This document shows positions 23,600 through 36,395 of a DNA stretch of 64,000 bases, in pieces. Numbering within the stretch: the stretch's first letter is position 1; each line of letters begins with the position of its first letter. Source of the DNA: Mobula birostris (taxonomy: Eukaryota). The translations under genes and the position numbers were made by a program. The DNA is taken from assembly GCF_030028105.1 (NCBI RefSeq), contig NC_092374.1:185908638-185972637 (forward strand). The letters run 5' to 3'. The notes beneath the pieces were generated by a model. The model worked only from the letters and a program-made list of their open reading frames with translations. It did no database searches and was not told where the DNA came from.

Positions 23600-25530
23600 C
23601 ATTAGGAGTAGGTCATGGAGGCAGCAGTTAGGGCAGTCGAGTGCTCCGTTTGCAGGATGTGGGAAGTCAGGGCGAGCACAATCGTCCCTGATGACTACAC
23701 CTGTAAAAGGTGCACCTAGCTGCAGCTCCTGACAAACCGAGCTGGGGGACTGGAGCTGGAGCTGGGTGAACTTCGGATCATTTGTGAGGCAGAGGCAGAA
23801 ATAGACAGGAGTTACAGGGAGATAGTCGCCTCTAAGAGTCAGGAGACAGGTAGCTGGGTGACTGTCAGGAGAGGGAAGGGCAATAGACAGAATGAGCAGA
23901 GCACCCCTGTGGCTGTTCCCACTAATAATAAGTACATTGTTTTGGATACTGTTGGTGGGGACAACCTACCAGGGACAAGTTGCAGTGGCTGCATCTCTGG
24001 CACCGAGATTAGATTAGATTATGAGGACACGCAGTCCTCTTTTATTGTCTGGACCCTCAGCTCAGAAGGGAAGGAGGGTAAAGAGGACAGCAGTAGTGAT
24101 AGGGGATTCGATAGTTAGGGGGACAGATAAGAGATCCTTTGGAAGAGATAGAGAATCCCGGATGGTCTGTTGCCTCCCTGGTGCCAGAGTCCGCGATATC
24201 TCGGATCGAGTTCTCAGTATTCTCAAGAGGGAGGGTGAGCAGCCAGATGTCGTGGTCCGTGTAGGGACCAGTGACGTGTATAGGAAGAAGGAGGAGGTCC
24301 TGCAAAGAGAATTTAGGGAGTTAGGTGCAAATTTGAAGGACAGGACCTCCAGGGTTGCAATCTCAGGATAGCTACCCGTGCCATATGCTAGTGAGGCTAG
24401 AAATAGGAAGATAATGCAGCTAAATACGTGGCTAAGGAGTGGGTGCAGGAGGGAGGGCTTCATGTTTCTGGACAATTGGGCCTTGTTCCAAGGAAGGTGG
24501 GACCTATAGACAATAGGTGCAGGAGTAGGCCATTCGGCCCTTTGAACCAGCACCGCCATTCACTGTGATCATGGCTGATCATCCACTATCAGTATCCAGT
24601 TCCTGCCTTATTCCCATAACCTTTGATTCTGCTCTCTTTAAGAACTCTATCCATCTCTTTCTTGAAAGCATCCAGAGACTTGGCCTCCACAGCCTTCTGG
24701 GGCAGAGCATTCCATACATCCACCACTCTCTGGGTGAAAAAGTTTTTCCTCAACTCCTGTTCCGAAGGGACGGGTTGCACTTGAACTGGAGGGGGACTAA
24801 CATCCTTGCGGGAAGGTTTGCTAGTGCTGCTCCGGGGGGTTTAAACTAGATTTACAGGGGGAGGGGAACCAGAGTGTTAGAGCAGATAGTGAGGTGGAGG
24901 AGGATAAATGTCATGTGAGAACTGCAAGTATAGTGCATGAAGTAAAGCCAGATCTAGCATATAAAGAGGCTTTGAGGAAAGAGAAACAGAATAAAGGGTG
25001 TAAAGGTAGTAAGGTAGAAGGGCTGAAGTGCGTGTACCTCAATGCAAGAAGCATCAGGAACAAAGGTGGTGAACTGAGAGCTTGGATACATACATGGAAT
25101 TATGATGTAGTGGTCATTACAGAGACTTGGCTGGCACCAGGGCAGGAATGGATTCTCAATATTCCTGGATTTCAGTGCTTTAAAAGGGATAGAGGGGGCG
25201 GAAAAAGGGGAGGAGGGGTGGTATTACTGGTGAGGGATACTATTACAGCTACAGAAAGGGTGGGTAATGTTGCAGGATCCTCTTTTGAGTCAGTATGGGT
25301 AGAAGTCAGGAACAGGAAGGGAGCAGTTACTCTACTGGGGGTATTCTATAGGCCCCCTGGTAGCAGCAGAGATACAGAGGAGCAGATTGGGAGGCAGATT
25401 TTGGAAAGGTGCAAAAATAACAGGGTTGTTATCATGGGTGACTTTAACTTCCCTAATACTGATTGGCACCTAATTCGTTCCAATGGTTTAGACGGGGTAG
25501 AGTTTGTTAAGTGTGTCCAGGATGGATTCC
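23600..25530 (+). mobile_element. CR1 5' part (ORF1 esterase and APE), containing an antisense CR1 3' fragment at about 24506-24760
   Basis: VIGDSIVRG, CLPGARVRD, VYLNARSIRNK, ITETWL, GDFNFP. Confidence 0.92.
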
Positions 25531-25540
25531 TATGGATTCC

Positions 25541-26826
25541 TGTCACAGTATTGAATTGTTATCTCTTGTTTTAGCTTTGCAACATTTTGAAGTGTATGTT
25601 GGTTCTACTCAGAAACCACTCACAGTTTATACCGATCACAATCCATTAGTGGTTTTGAGTAAGACGAAAAACAAAAATAGAAGATTACTAAATTGGAGTT
25701 TAATGTTACAGGAGTACAATATTTTGATCACTCATATTAAGGGTAAAGATAATGTGATTGCTGATTGTCTAGATGTTAAATGTACAATGAAAATTTGTTT
25801 TTGTTTTGGAGTGATATTTTCACATTTGTAACACACCTCCTGTATATTAGTTTGTAAAGGGCTGAAAGATAAGTTTATATATATTGTGTATTTTGTAAAT
25901 TTTATACCTTTTTTTGTATAAATTGTTAAAACTTTGTTCTTCAAGAATTTTGTTCTTCAGTTTTTTTTTGGAGAAATGTGTTCCATGCTCAAGGAGATCT
26001 GTTTTTTTTTGTGAGAATGATGTAATGGTCTTCTGGAGGTCACCTGATGTGATTTTCCCGCCGATGTGAGGTCACGTGATGACATGTGACCCATGACTAT
26101 ATAAAGGTTGACCCAGGTGATGCAGTAGGGTTTTTAGTTTGTAGATTTCCAGGTAGAACGTGCTGTATCTCCGTTTCTGTTGCGTGTTTGTTTTTGTGAC
26201 GCAGTTTCATTTTTGTTGCGTTCTGTTACAAGATACCATACTATTGGACTGGAAATTTTTGCTAGATGTGTTGATTTACCCAATTCCAACAGTAGAAGGG
26301 AGAGTGAAGAATTTATCGGAATACAAGATCGAGGGATCGAGAGGAGTTGGCATCGTTTGGCAGTTTAATAAAGGATCAACCTTACTGAGTCTTCATTGGT
26401 GGAGTAGCAACCTGCATCGAGGATAACTCTTGCCAAAAAGGGAAAAGAGTTCCTGCAAAAGGTTTGCTCTCTCTAAAAGAATTTAAGGTCAGTTGTTTTA
26501 AACTGTTTATTTTCAGCATCGTGAATCCTTCAGACAGAACCAGCAGGAAAGTTGCGTCTGTGAAGATATCCTTCTCCAGAGAAGTCTCTCCCAATTGAAT
26601 GTGTAAAACTGTTGGACTTTTGAAGTTATCACTTTAAGTACTGTATCTGACTATATCGCTTTAAGAACTGTTTCTGCATTTAACGCTTTAAGAACCAGAG
26701 CTGAGTGGCGAGTAGTTTGAACGGCTGCATTTTTTTTTCCTTATCGTTTATCTGTGTTTAATAAATGTTTGGTTGTTTTTATCTAACCTGTCTTGATTGA
26801 TGTTCATTGTTGCCGTTTACGTAACA
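25541..26826 (+). mobile_element. Gypsy (Gmr1-like) 3' fragment: RNase H, 3' UTR and LTR (about 25979-26826)
   Basis: LALQHFEVYV...YTDHNPL...LNWSLMLQEY...HIKGKDNVIADCL followed by non-coding DNA and a TG...CA LTR ending gtaaca. Confidence 0.8.
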
Positions 26827-26829
26827 GTA

Positions 26830-27940
26830 GGCTTCTTCAGAAAGTCAGAAGGCATGGGATCCATGGAAGTTTGGCCAGGTGGATTCAGAATTGACTTGCC
26901 TGCAGAAGGCAGAGAGTTGTGGTGGAGGGAGCACATTCGGATTGTAGGGTTGTGACTAGTGGTGTCCCACAAGGATCTGTTCTGGGACCTCTACTTTTCG
27001 TGATTTTTATTAATGACCTGGATCTGGGGGTAGAAGGGTGGGTTGGCAAGTTTTCAGATGACACAAAAGTTGGTGGTGTTGTGGATAGTGTAGAGGATTG
27101 TCGCAGATGGCAGAGAGACATTGATAAGATGCAGCAGTGGGCTGAGAAGTGGCAGATGGAATTCAACCCGGAGAAGTGTGAGGTGGTACACTTTGGAAGG
27201 ACAAACTCCAAGGCAGAGTACAAAGTAAATGGCAGGATAATTGGAAGAGTAGAGGAGCAGAGGGATCTGGTGGTACATGTCCACAGATCCCTGAAAGTTG
27301 CCTCACAGGTAGATAGGGTAGTTAAGAAAGCTTATGGGGTGTTAGCTTTCATAAGTCGAGGGATAGAGTTTAAAAGTCACGGGGTAATGATGCAGCTCTA
27401 TAAAACTCTGGTTAGGCCACACTTGGAGTACTGTGTCCAGTTCTGGTCGCCTCACTATAGGAAGGATGTGGAAGCATTGGAAAGGGTACAGAGGAGATTT
27501 ACCAGGATGGTGCCTGGTTTTTATGCATTATGATCAGAGTATGCATTATGATTAAGGGAGCTAGGGTTTACTGTCCAGAGAGAAGGAGATGTGATAGAGG
27601 TATTCAAGATATTAAGAGGAATAGATAGAGTGGACAGCCAGCGCATCTTCCCCAGGGCACCACTGCTCAATACAAGAGGACATGGCTTTGAGGTAAGGGG
27701 TGGGAAGTTCAAGGGGGATATTAGAGGAAGGTTTTTTACTCAGAGAGTGGTTGGTGCGTGGAATGCACTGCCTGAGTCAGTGGTGAAGGCAGGTGCACTA
27801 GTGAAATTTAAGAGACTACTAGACAGGTATATGGAGGAAATTAAGGTGGGGGGCTATATGGGAGGCAGGGTTTAAGGGTCGGCACAACATTGTGGGCTAA
27901 AGGGCCTGTACTGTGCTGTACTGTTCTATGTTCTATGTTA
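26830..27940 (+). mobile_element. CR1 RT 3' part
   Basis: ORFs 26919-27533 and 27591-27875; (ttctatg) tail. Confidence 0.95.
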
Positions 27941-28066
27941 TGGTTTATGGCTTTTAGTAACTTTACTATTCAATTTTTCAGGTTTAAAAAATAGCATTAA
28001 TTAGAATCAATTTACAACCTTTATTTAAGTTAAATTCTCAACAGCATTACAATTATTTTTTGATTA

Positions 28067-28995
28067 CAAGGGGTGATTGATAAGTTCGTGGCCTAAGTTA
28101 GAAGGAGTTAATTTTTGAAAACCTAGCACATTTATTTTTCAACATAGTCCCCTCCTACGTGTACACACTTAGTCCAGCGGTCGTGGAGCATATGGATCCC
28201 TTTGTAGAAGTGGTCCACAGCGGGGGTGATTGGTAAGTTTCGTGGCCTGTGGTAGGAGGAGATGAGGGAAACAGCTCTCGTTACGTGCACCTGCAGTTCA
28301 ACTCTGAGTGATTATGCAGAAGGTTTGAAGTTAATAACTCATCTCCTTCCACCTTGGGCCACAAACTTATCAATCACCCCCGCTGTGGACAAATTCTGGA
28401 GGTCCAAGAAGCCGTCTTCTACAAAGAAGGGATCCGTATGCTCCATGACTGCTGGACTAAGTGCGTAAATGTAGGAAAATAAATGTAACACACATAAATG
28501 TTGCTGGTGAACGCAGCAGGCCAGGCAGCATCTCTAGGAAGAGGTACAGACGAAGTTTCGGGCCGAGCCCCTTCGGCAGGACTAACTGAAGGAAGAGCTA
28601 GTAACAGATTTGAAAGTGGGAATGGGAGGGGGAGATCCAAAATGATAGGAGATAACAGGAGGGGGAGCGATGGAGCCAAGAGCTGGACAGGTGATTGGCA
28701 AAAGGGATATGACAGGATCATGGGACAGAAGGCCCAGGGAGAAAGAAAAAGGGGAGGGGGGAGAAAAGACCAGAGGATGGGCAAGGGGTATAGTGAGAGG
28801 GACAGAGGGAGAAAAAGAAGAGAGAGAAAAATAATCTGTGTATATAAATAAATAACGGATGGGGTATGAGAGGGAGGTGGGTCATTAGCGGAAGTTTGAG
28901 AAGTCAATGTTCATGCCATCAGGTTGGAGGCTACCCAGATGAATACAAATCCCTCTACCTTAGGCCTAGGCCACAAACTTATCAATCACCCCTCG
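28067..28995. mobile_element. Non-autonomous mariner element interrupted by a Penelope fragment (about 28490-28945, minus strand)
   Basis: TIRs caaggggtgattgataagttcgtggcctaag / ggccacaaacttatcaatcacccctcg flanked by TA; transposase C-terminus FYKEGIRMLHD.WTKCVNVG. Confidence 0.85.
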
Positions 28996-29045
28996 TATTA
29001 TATCTACAACTTACTGATCACACTGAGCTGTAGATATAATTTTTT

Positions 29046-31687
29046 TTAGTAAAGTAGTAAGGTGAAAAGTAAAAGTGGCAGGGAGGCAAATCCAGGGCAA
29101 AAATCAAAAAGGGCCACTTTTCAACATAATTGTATAAGGCCTAAGAGTGTTGTAAAAGCAAGCTTGAATGCTTTGTGTGTCAATGCAAGGAGCATTCGTA
29201 ACAAGGTGGATGAATTGAATGTGCAGATAGTTATTAATGAATATGATATAGTTGGGATCACAGAGGCATGGCTCCAGGGTGACCAAGGATGGGAGCTCAA
29301 CGTTCAGGGATATTCAATATTCAGGAGGGATAGACATGAAAGAAAAGGAGGTGGGGTAGCATTGCTGTTTAGAGAGGAGATTAACGCAATAGAAAGGAAG
29401 GACATTAGCCGAGAGGATGTGGAATCGATATGGGTAGAGCTGCATAACACTAAGGGGCAGAAAACGCTGGTAGAAGTTGTGTACAGGCCACCTAACAGTA
29501 GTAGTCTGGTTGGGGATGGCATTAAACAGGATATTAGAAATGCGTGCAATAAAGGAACAGCAGTTATAATGGGTGACTTCAATCTACATATAGATTGGGT
29601 GAACCAAATTGGTAAGGGTGCTGAGGAAGAGGATTTCTTGGAATGTATGCGGAATGGCTTTCTGAACCAACATGTTGAGGAACCAACTAGAGAGCAGGCC
29701 ATTCTAGGCTGGGTATTGAGCAATGAGGAAGGGTTAGTTAGCAATCTTGTTGTGCAAGGCCCCTTGGGTAAGAGTGACCATAATATGGTGGAATTCTTCA
29801 TTAAGATGGAGAGTGACATAGTTAATTCAGAAACAAAGGTTCTGAACTTAAAGGGTAACTTTGAAGGTATGAGAGGTGAATTAGCTAAGATAGACTGGCA
29901 AATGATACTTAAAGGGTTGACGGTGGATATGCAATGGCAAGCATTTAAAGATCGCATGGATGAACTACAACAATTGTTCATCCCAGTTTGGCAACAGAAT
30001 AAACCAGGGAAGGTAGTGCACCCGTGGCTGACCAGGGAAATTAGGGATAGTATCAATTCAAAAGAAGAAACATACAAATTAGCCAGAAAAAATGGCACAC
30101 CTGAGGACTAGGAGAAATTCCGAGTCCAGCAGAGGAGGACAAAGGGCTTAATTAGGAAAGGGAAAAAAAGATTATGAGAGAAAGCTGGCAAGGAACATAA
30201 AAACTGACTGTAAAAGCTTTTATAGATATGTAAAAAGGAAAAGACTGGTAAAGACAAATGTAGGTCCCCTACAGACAGAAACAGGTGAATTGATTATGGG
30301 GAGCAAGGACATGGCAGGCCAATTGAATAATTACTTTGGTTCTGTCTTCACTAAAGAGGACATAAATAATCTTCCAGAAATAGTAGGGGACAGAGGGTCC
30401 AGTGAGATGGAGGAACTGAGCGAAATACATGTTAGTAGGGAAGTGGTGTTAGGTAAATTGAAGGGATTAAAGGCAGATAAATCCCCAGGGCCAGATAGTC
30501 TGCATCCCAGAGTGCTTAAGGAAGTAGCCCAAGAAATAGTGGATGCATTAGTGATAATTTTTCAAAACTCGTTAGATTCTGGACTAGTTCCTGAGGATTG
30601 GAGGGTGGCTAATGTAACCCCACTTTTTAAAAAAGGAGAGAGAGAGAGAGAGAGAGACCAGGGAATTATAGACTGGTTCGCCTAACGTCGGTGGTGGGGA
30701 AACTGCTGGAGTCAGTTATCAAAGATGTGATAACAGCACATTTGGAAAGCGGTGAGATCATCGGACAAAGTTTGCGGATGACACGAAGCTGGGCAGCAGT
30801 ATTAGCTGTGAAGAGGATGCAAGGTGACTTGGACATGTTAGGTGAGTGGGCAAATTCATGGCAGATGCAATTTAATGCGGATAAAGGTGAGGTTATCCAC
30901 TTTGGTGGCAAGAACAGGAAAACAGATTATTATCTGAATGGTGGCCGATTAGGAAAAGGGGAGGTGCAACGAGACCGGGGTGTCATTGTACACCAGACAT
31001 TGAAAGTGGGCATGCAGGTACAGCAAGTGGTGAAAAAGGCAAATGGTATGCTGGCATTTATAGCGAGAGGATTCGAGTACAGGAGCAGGGAGGTACTACT
31101 GCAGTTGTACAAGGCCTTGGTGAGACCACACCTGGAGTATTGTGTGCAGTTTTGGTCCTCTAATCTGAGGAAAGACATCCTTGCCATAGAGGGAGTACAA
31201 AGGAGGTTCACCAGATTGATTCCTGGGATGGCAGGACTTTCATATGATATAAGACCGGATTGACGAGGTGTACACTCACTGGAATTTAGAAGGGTGAGGG
31301 GGGATCTTATTGAAACGTATAAAATCCTAAAGGGATTGGACAGGCTGGATGCAGGAAGATTGCTCCCGATGTTGGGGAAGTCCAGAACGAGGGGTCACAG
31401 TTTAAGGATAAAGGGGAAGCCTTTTAGGACGGAGATGAGGAAAAACTTCTTCACACAGAGAGTGGTGAATCTGTGGAATTATCTGCCACAGGAAACAGTT
31501 GAGGCCAGTTCATTGGCTATATTTAAGAGGGAGTTAGATATGGCCCTTGTGGCTAAAGGGATCGGGGGGTACGGAGAGAAGGCAGGTACAGGGTTCTGAG
31601 TTGGATGATCAGCCATGATCATACCGAATGGTGGTGCAGGCTCGAAGGGCCGAATGGCCTACTCCTGCACCTATTTTCTATGTTTCT
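29046..31687 (+). mobile_element. CR1 ORF2 (APE to RT) with an internal deletion
   Basis: ORFs 29062, 30290, 30691, 31294; (tttctatg) tail. Confidence 0.95.
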
Positions 31688-32499
31688 ATGTTTTACGCAG
31701 GGGTCCCTTGATACGTGAAAGTTATTTTACGGGTTCCTCCAGGGCAAAAAGTTTGAGAAAGGCTGCTGTACATCATCAAGCTGATTTAAAAGTACATTGC
31801 TTAGAGGGAAATTACAGGCTACAGATTGCAGTGAAAGTAATTTTAAAGAGGTATATTTTGAGGTATTGTCTGCATATTGCTGAGAGGGTTTGCCACAGGG
31901 AACTCTGCACTTCCACCCAGTTCCAGGTTTTGGGGAAATACCTCCTCAATTATTGTAGTGGTGTATCGCAGGAGGGTGATACAAAGCAGTGGAATTCATT
32001 GCCACAGGCAGCTGTGGAGGTCATGTTTTATGTATATTTATGGCAGAGGTTGATAGATTCTTGATTGATCAGGCAAGGAGGGATACAGGGAGACGGCAAG
32101 AGATTGAGGCTGAGAGGAAAATTGGATCAGCCATGATGAAATGGTGGAGAAGACTTGATGGGCCAAATAGCCTAATTCTGCTGCCGTATTTTATGTTCGA
32201 GTGTCTTTTGTAAGTTGTTACGTCAAGTCCATAGGATCCATCGGGTTTTCATGGCAAGGTACGGAAGTAGATTGCCAGGCCTTTCTTCCGCAGAGATACC
32301 GCTGCTGCCCAGGATTGAACTCAGGACCGTCTGCCTTGAAGTCCAGTGCTGATGTCACTACAGCACCAGCTAGCCTATTTTAAAAAATAATATTTAAAAT
32401 ACTGTATTTAATATTTAAAATAAAATTATATTTATCACATATCAAGTCTATTGTTGTTCTAGAATCAGTGTGATGAAAATGAACGAGAATGAAACATAT

Positions 32500-34285
32500 T
32501 ACTCCACTCAACAAACACAAAATGCTGGTGGAACACAGCAGGCCAGGCAGCATCTATTGGAAGAGGTACAGTCGACGTATCGGTCAGGACTAACTGAAAG
32601 GGATCGTAAAAGATTTGAAAGTAGGAGGGGGAGGGGGAGATCCAAAATGATAGGAGAAGACAGGAGGGGGAGGGATGGAGCCAAGAGCTGGACAGTTGAT
32701 TGGCAAAAGGGATACGAGAGGATCATGGGATGGGACGCCGAGGGAGAAAGAAAGGGGGTGGAGGGAAGCCCAGAGGATGGACAAGGGGTATAGTGAGAGG
32801 GACAGAGGGAGAGAAAGGAGAGAGAGACAAAATAATAATAATAATAAATAAATAAATAGCAGATTGGGTACGAAGGGGAGGTGGGGCATTAACGGAAGTT
32901 AGAGAAGTCAATATTCATGCCATCAGGTTGGAGGCTACCCAGATGGAATACAAGTTGTTGTTCCTCCAACCTGAGTGTGGCTTCATCTTGACAATAGAGG
33001 AGGCCGTGAATAGACATATCAGAATGGGAATGGGACATGGGATTAAAATGTGTGGCCACTGGGAGATCCTGCTTTCTCTGGTGGACAGAGCGTAGGTGTT
33101 CAGCGAAACAGTCTCCCAGTCTGCGTCGGGTCTCGCCAATATATAGGAGGCCGCATCAGGAGCACCGGACGCAGTATATCACCCCAGCCAACTCACAGGT
33201 GAAGTGTCGCCTCACCTGGAAGGACTGTCTGGGGCCCTGAATGGTGGTGAGGGAGGAAGTGTAAGGGCATGTGTAGCACTTGTTCTGCTCACAAGAATAA
33301 GCGCCGGGAGGGAGATTGGTGGGAAGGGATGGCGGGGGGACGAATGGACAAGAGAGCAATCCCTGTAAAAAGTGGGGGGGGGTGGTGGGAGGGAAAGATA
33401 TGCTTAGTGGTGGGATCCTGTTGGAGGTGGCGGATGTTACGGAGAATTATATGTTGGACCCGGATGCTGGTGGAGTGGTAGGTGAGGACAAGGGGAACCC
33501 TATTCCTAGTGAGGTGGCAGGAGAATGGGGTGAGAGCAGATGTACGTGAAATGGGAGAGATGCATTTGAGAGCAGAGTTGATGGTGGAGGAAGGGAAGCC
33601 CCTTTCTTTAAAAAAGGACATCTCCCTCGTTCTCCACAATTCTCTGTAACTTCTGCTATCTTCAACGGGATCCCACCACTAAGCACATCTTTCCTCCCCC
33701 CACCCCGCTTTCCGCAGGGATCGCTCCCTACATGACTCACTCACCCATTCATCCCCCACCCCATCCCTCCCCACTGATCTCCCTCCCAGCACTTATCCTT
33801 GTAACCGGAACAAGTGCTACACATGTCCTTGACTTCTCTAACTTCCATTATTGCCCCACCTCTCCTTCTTACCCTATCCATTATTTATTTATTATTATTA
33901 TTAATTTTTTCTCTCTCTCTTCTTTTTCTCCTTCTGACCCTCTCACTATACTCCTTGCCCATCCTCTGGGCTACCCTCCTCCCCCTTTCTTTCTCCCTAG
34001 GCCTCCTGTCCCATGATCCTCTCCCTTCTCCAGCCTTCTGTCCCTTTTGCCAATCAACCTTCCAGCTCTTGGCTCCATCCATCCCCCTCCTGTCTTCTAT
34101 TATTTCGGATCTCCCCCTTCCCCTCCCACTTTCAAATCTCTTACAAGCTCTTCTTTCAGATAGTCCTGACGAAGGGTCTCGGCCCGTAACGTCGACTGTA
34201 CCTCTTCGTATAGATGCTGCCTGGCCTGCTGCGTTCAGTAGCATTTTGTGTGTGTTGCTTGAAATTCCAGCATCTGCAGATTTCG
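32500..34285. mobile_element. Penelope-like element with inverted (twin) 3' ends
   Basis: Minus-strand GIY-YIG/RT C-terminal region (CYTCPYTS, CELAGVIYCVRCS) joined to a plus-strand copy of the same pseudo-LTR. Confidence 0.85.
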
Positions 34286-35469
34286 TCGTGTTTGCATATT
34301 ACTCCGCTTATGGGTAATGTAAAGCACTTGGTACAGGATTAACTGCCCTGTGTCCAGCTCACTGGGACTGAAGGTTAAAACAAATTCTCAGACCTGCTTA
34401 TGCAAATATAGGAGTTTGGGATAAGTTACACACACAGACTGCTGGAGGAACTTGGCAGATCAGGCAGCATCAATGGAGGAATAAACAGGAGAAATGTCAC
34501 CAGTTTATTTCCAGCAACTGCAGAGCCTCTTAAGTTTGAGATAAGTTAATTGTTGATCTTGGAACAATCTGTTCTGATTGTTTCCCTTCTGTACGTGTAA
34601 AAACAACACCATGTTGTCAACAGAGTGAGAGCTGCACAGCACAGAAACGGGCCGCTTCGCCCACCCCATTGCACCCATCTGCCTTATTCCATTTACACCG
34701 ACAGGTATTCCAGCCTTCAACTGAAACTCGATACACTGTCCCAATAGGCTCTGACCTGGGCAAAGAGGTACTGCAGTTCCGTAGGGCTCAACGGGAGTGA
34801 TCCAAATTGAAGATCTTTGGAAGGCGATTAGTGGTTTTGTGGGTATTCCATAAAATTGAATCAATTACCAACTTGTCCATCAACCTTGGTTTTTTCAGAC
34901 TTGTGCTGGGGGTTTTCCCAGACACCGCAAGGTGTATTGTTTCCATAGAAACCGACAGAAATTAAAATGCACGTGGTAGCACCTGCGTGATGGGCCTTTA
35001 ATGCGCAGAAACCCAAGTGAAACTCAGATCTGATGCAACTGAAAATGGGGAATTAAGGAGAAATATTGTACAGAGATATGCAAACACTAAGGAATGTTAG
35101 ATTCCCCGTCCCAGGCAGACAGTGAGAAGCCATTTCGTTATTTGCTTATGGATGTGTCTATTCATGCACTGAGAGACAGTCAGCGTTAAGGAGCAGGCTG
35201 CGGAATGTCAAGTACTATTTACAGCACAGAGGTACCCGCTTTTGACCTTGCCCACAGTACAGCAACCTATCCTCGTTTTTTTATAAAAGAAACAGCATTA
35301 AAAAACTCAGAACATTGTATTACTGCAGCTTCATGAAACGTTTATAAAGTGCCAATTTTTATGTATTATTCAAAATATCAAAACATCCAAACTCATAAAA
35401 AGAAAATTTTCTTTGGTCCAGATGCATCTCTGAGCAGAGCGACTGAAGACTGAAGTGCAGTCACATAAA

Positions 35470-36035
35470 GAGACCTACCCGTGGGCTCGGCTGAGGGCGA
35501 ATCCGGTTGGTTCCCAGCTCGACCCCTTCACCCTGTCCAAATAGTGCGGTTTCGCCGCCTGTCCCTGGTGTCACATTGGTGTCTGTGGATTTTCTCTGCG
35601 TACTCACACTTGGCCTTCCTGATGTCACTGGTCTTGCTGACATTATGTTGTCCAGTCTCCCGATCTAAAGGCAGCGCCCCGATCCCCAAGCAGTGCACGA
35701 ACCTCCCTCCGCAGTCAGATATGGTATCTGGTTTGCCCTGCCGTTACGCGTTTGATCCCGGTATAGTCCTTAATGCATTTTCCCGTGTAGCCGGTCACCG
35801 ATCCCGCATATTCAATGCCGATGTGATGATCGTAGGTAGCCGCATTCCTGGATATGTTGTAGACCGTATTTTCGAAGCAACTGTGCAGCACCTCTGGCCA
35901 GGTCCTGATCTCCCTGCGAATGGATTTGACTCCTAACCAGTGCTCTGTATGCAGGGATTAGCAAAAGGGATTGTGGTTTGCGTATGCGAGGTGATGGCGG
36001 GATATGACCTTCACGAGCATTTGCGTAAACATGTC
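35470..36035 (-). mobile_element. Rex1/Babar LINE ORF2 fragment (between APE and RT)
   Basis: Antisense translation with frameshifts gives LLIPAYRALVRS..IRREIRTWPE..SVTGY.GKCI.D..KAKCEYAEKIHRH. Confidence 0.7.
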
Positions 36036-36039
36036 TAAT

Positions 36040-36395
36040 ATATTACAAACAGAGAAAATCTGCAGATGCTGGAAACCGAAGTAATAAGCACAAAATGTTG
36101 GAGGAACTCGGCAGGCCAGGCAGTATCAACGGAAAAGAGTAACCAGTCGACTTTTCGGGCCGCGACCCTTCATCAAGACTGATATCTTCTTTCCCTGGTT
36201 GCGAAGCTGACATGTTTGTAGAACCATTGCAGGACTGTCAACTTCTTACTCGGACTCCTCATCTTTTTTTCCCCTCCAGTCCCGATGAAACGTCGAATGT
36301 ACTCGTTTCTATAGATGCTGCCTGGCCTTCTGAGTTATTCCGTCCAGCATTGTGTGTATTGCTTGGGTTTCCAGCGTCTGCAGATTTCTACACCC
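36040..36395. mobile_element. Short inverted Penelope-derived element (related copies at about 37130-37320 and 42945-43085)
   Basis: ctgcagatgctgg...gcaggccaggcag arms in inverted orientation around degenerate hammerhead motifs. Confidence 0.65.

Noticed and set aside
34896-35020. NF-kB-like GGGGTTTTCC and IRF-like GAAA motifs in unique intergenic DNA
   Set aside because: Short motifs about 7 kb from the nearest exon are expected by chance, and there is no supporting evidence.
35481-35936. 151-aa CpG-rich ORF with a hydrophobic stretch
   Set aside because: It is the antisense frame of a Rex1/Babar LINE fragment.
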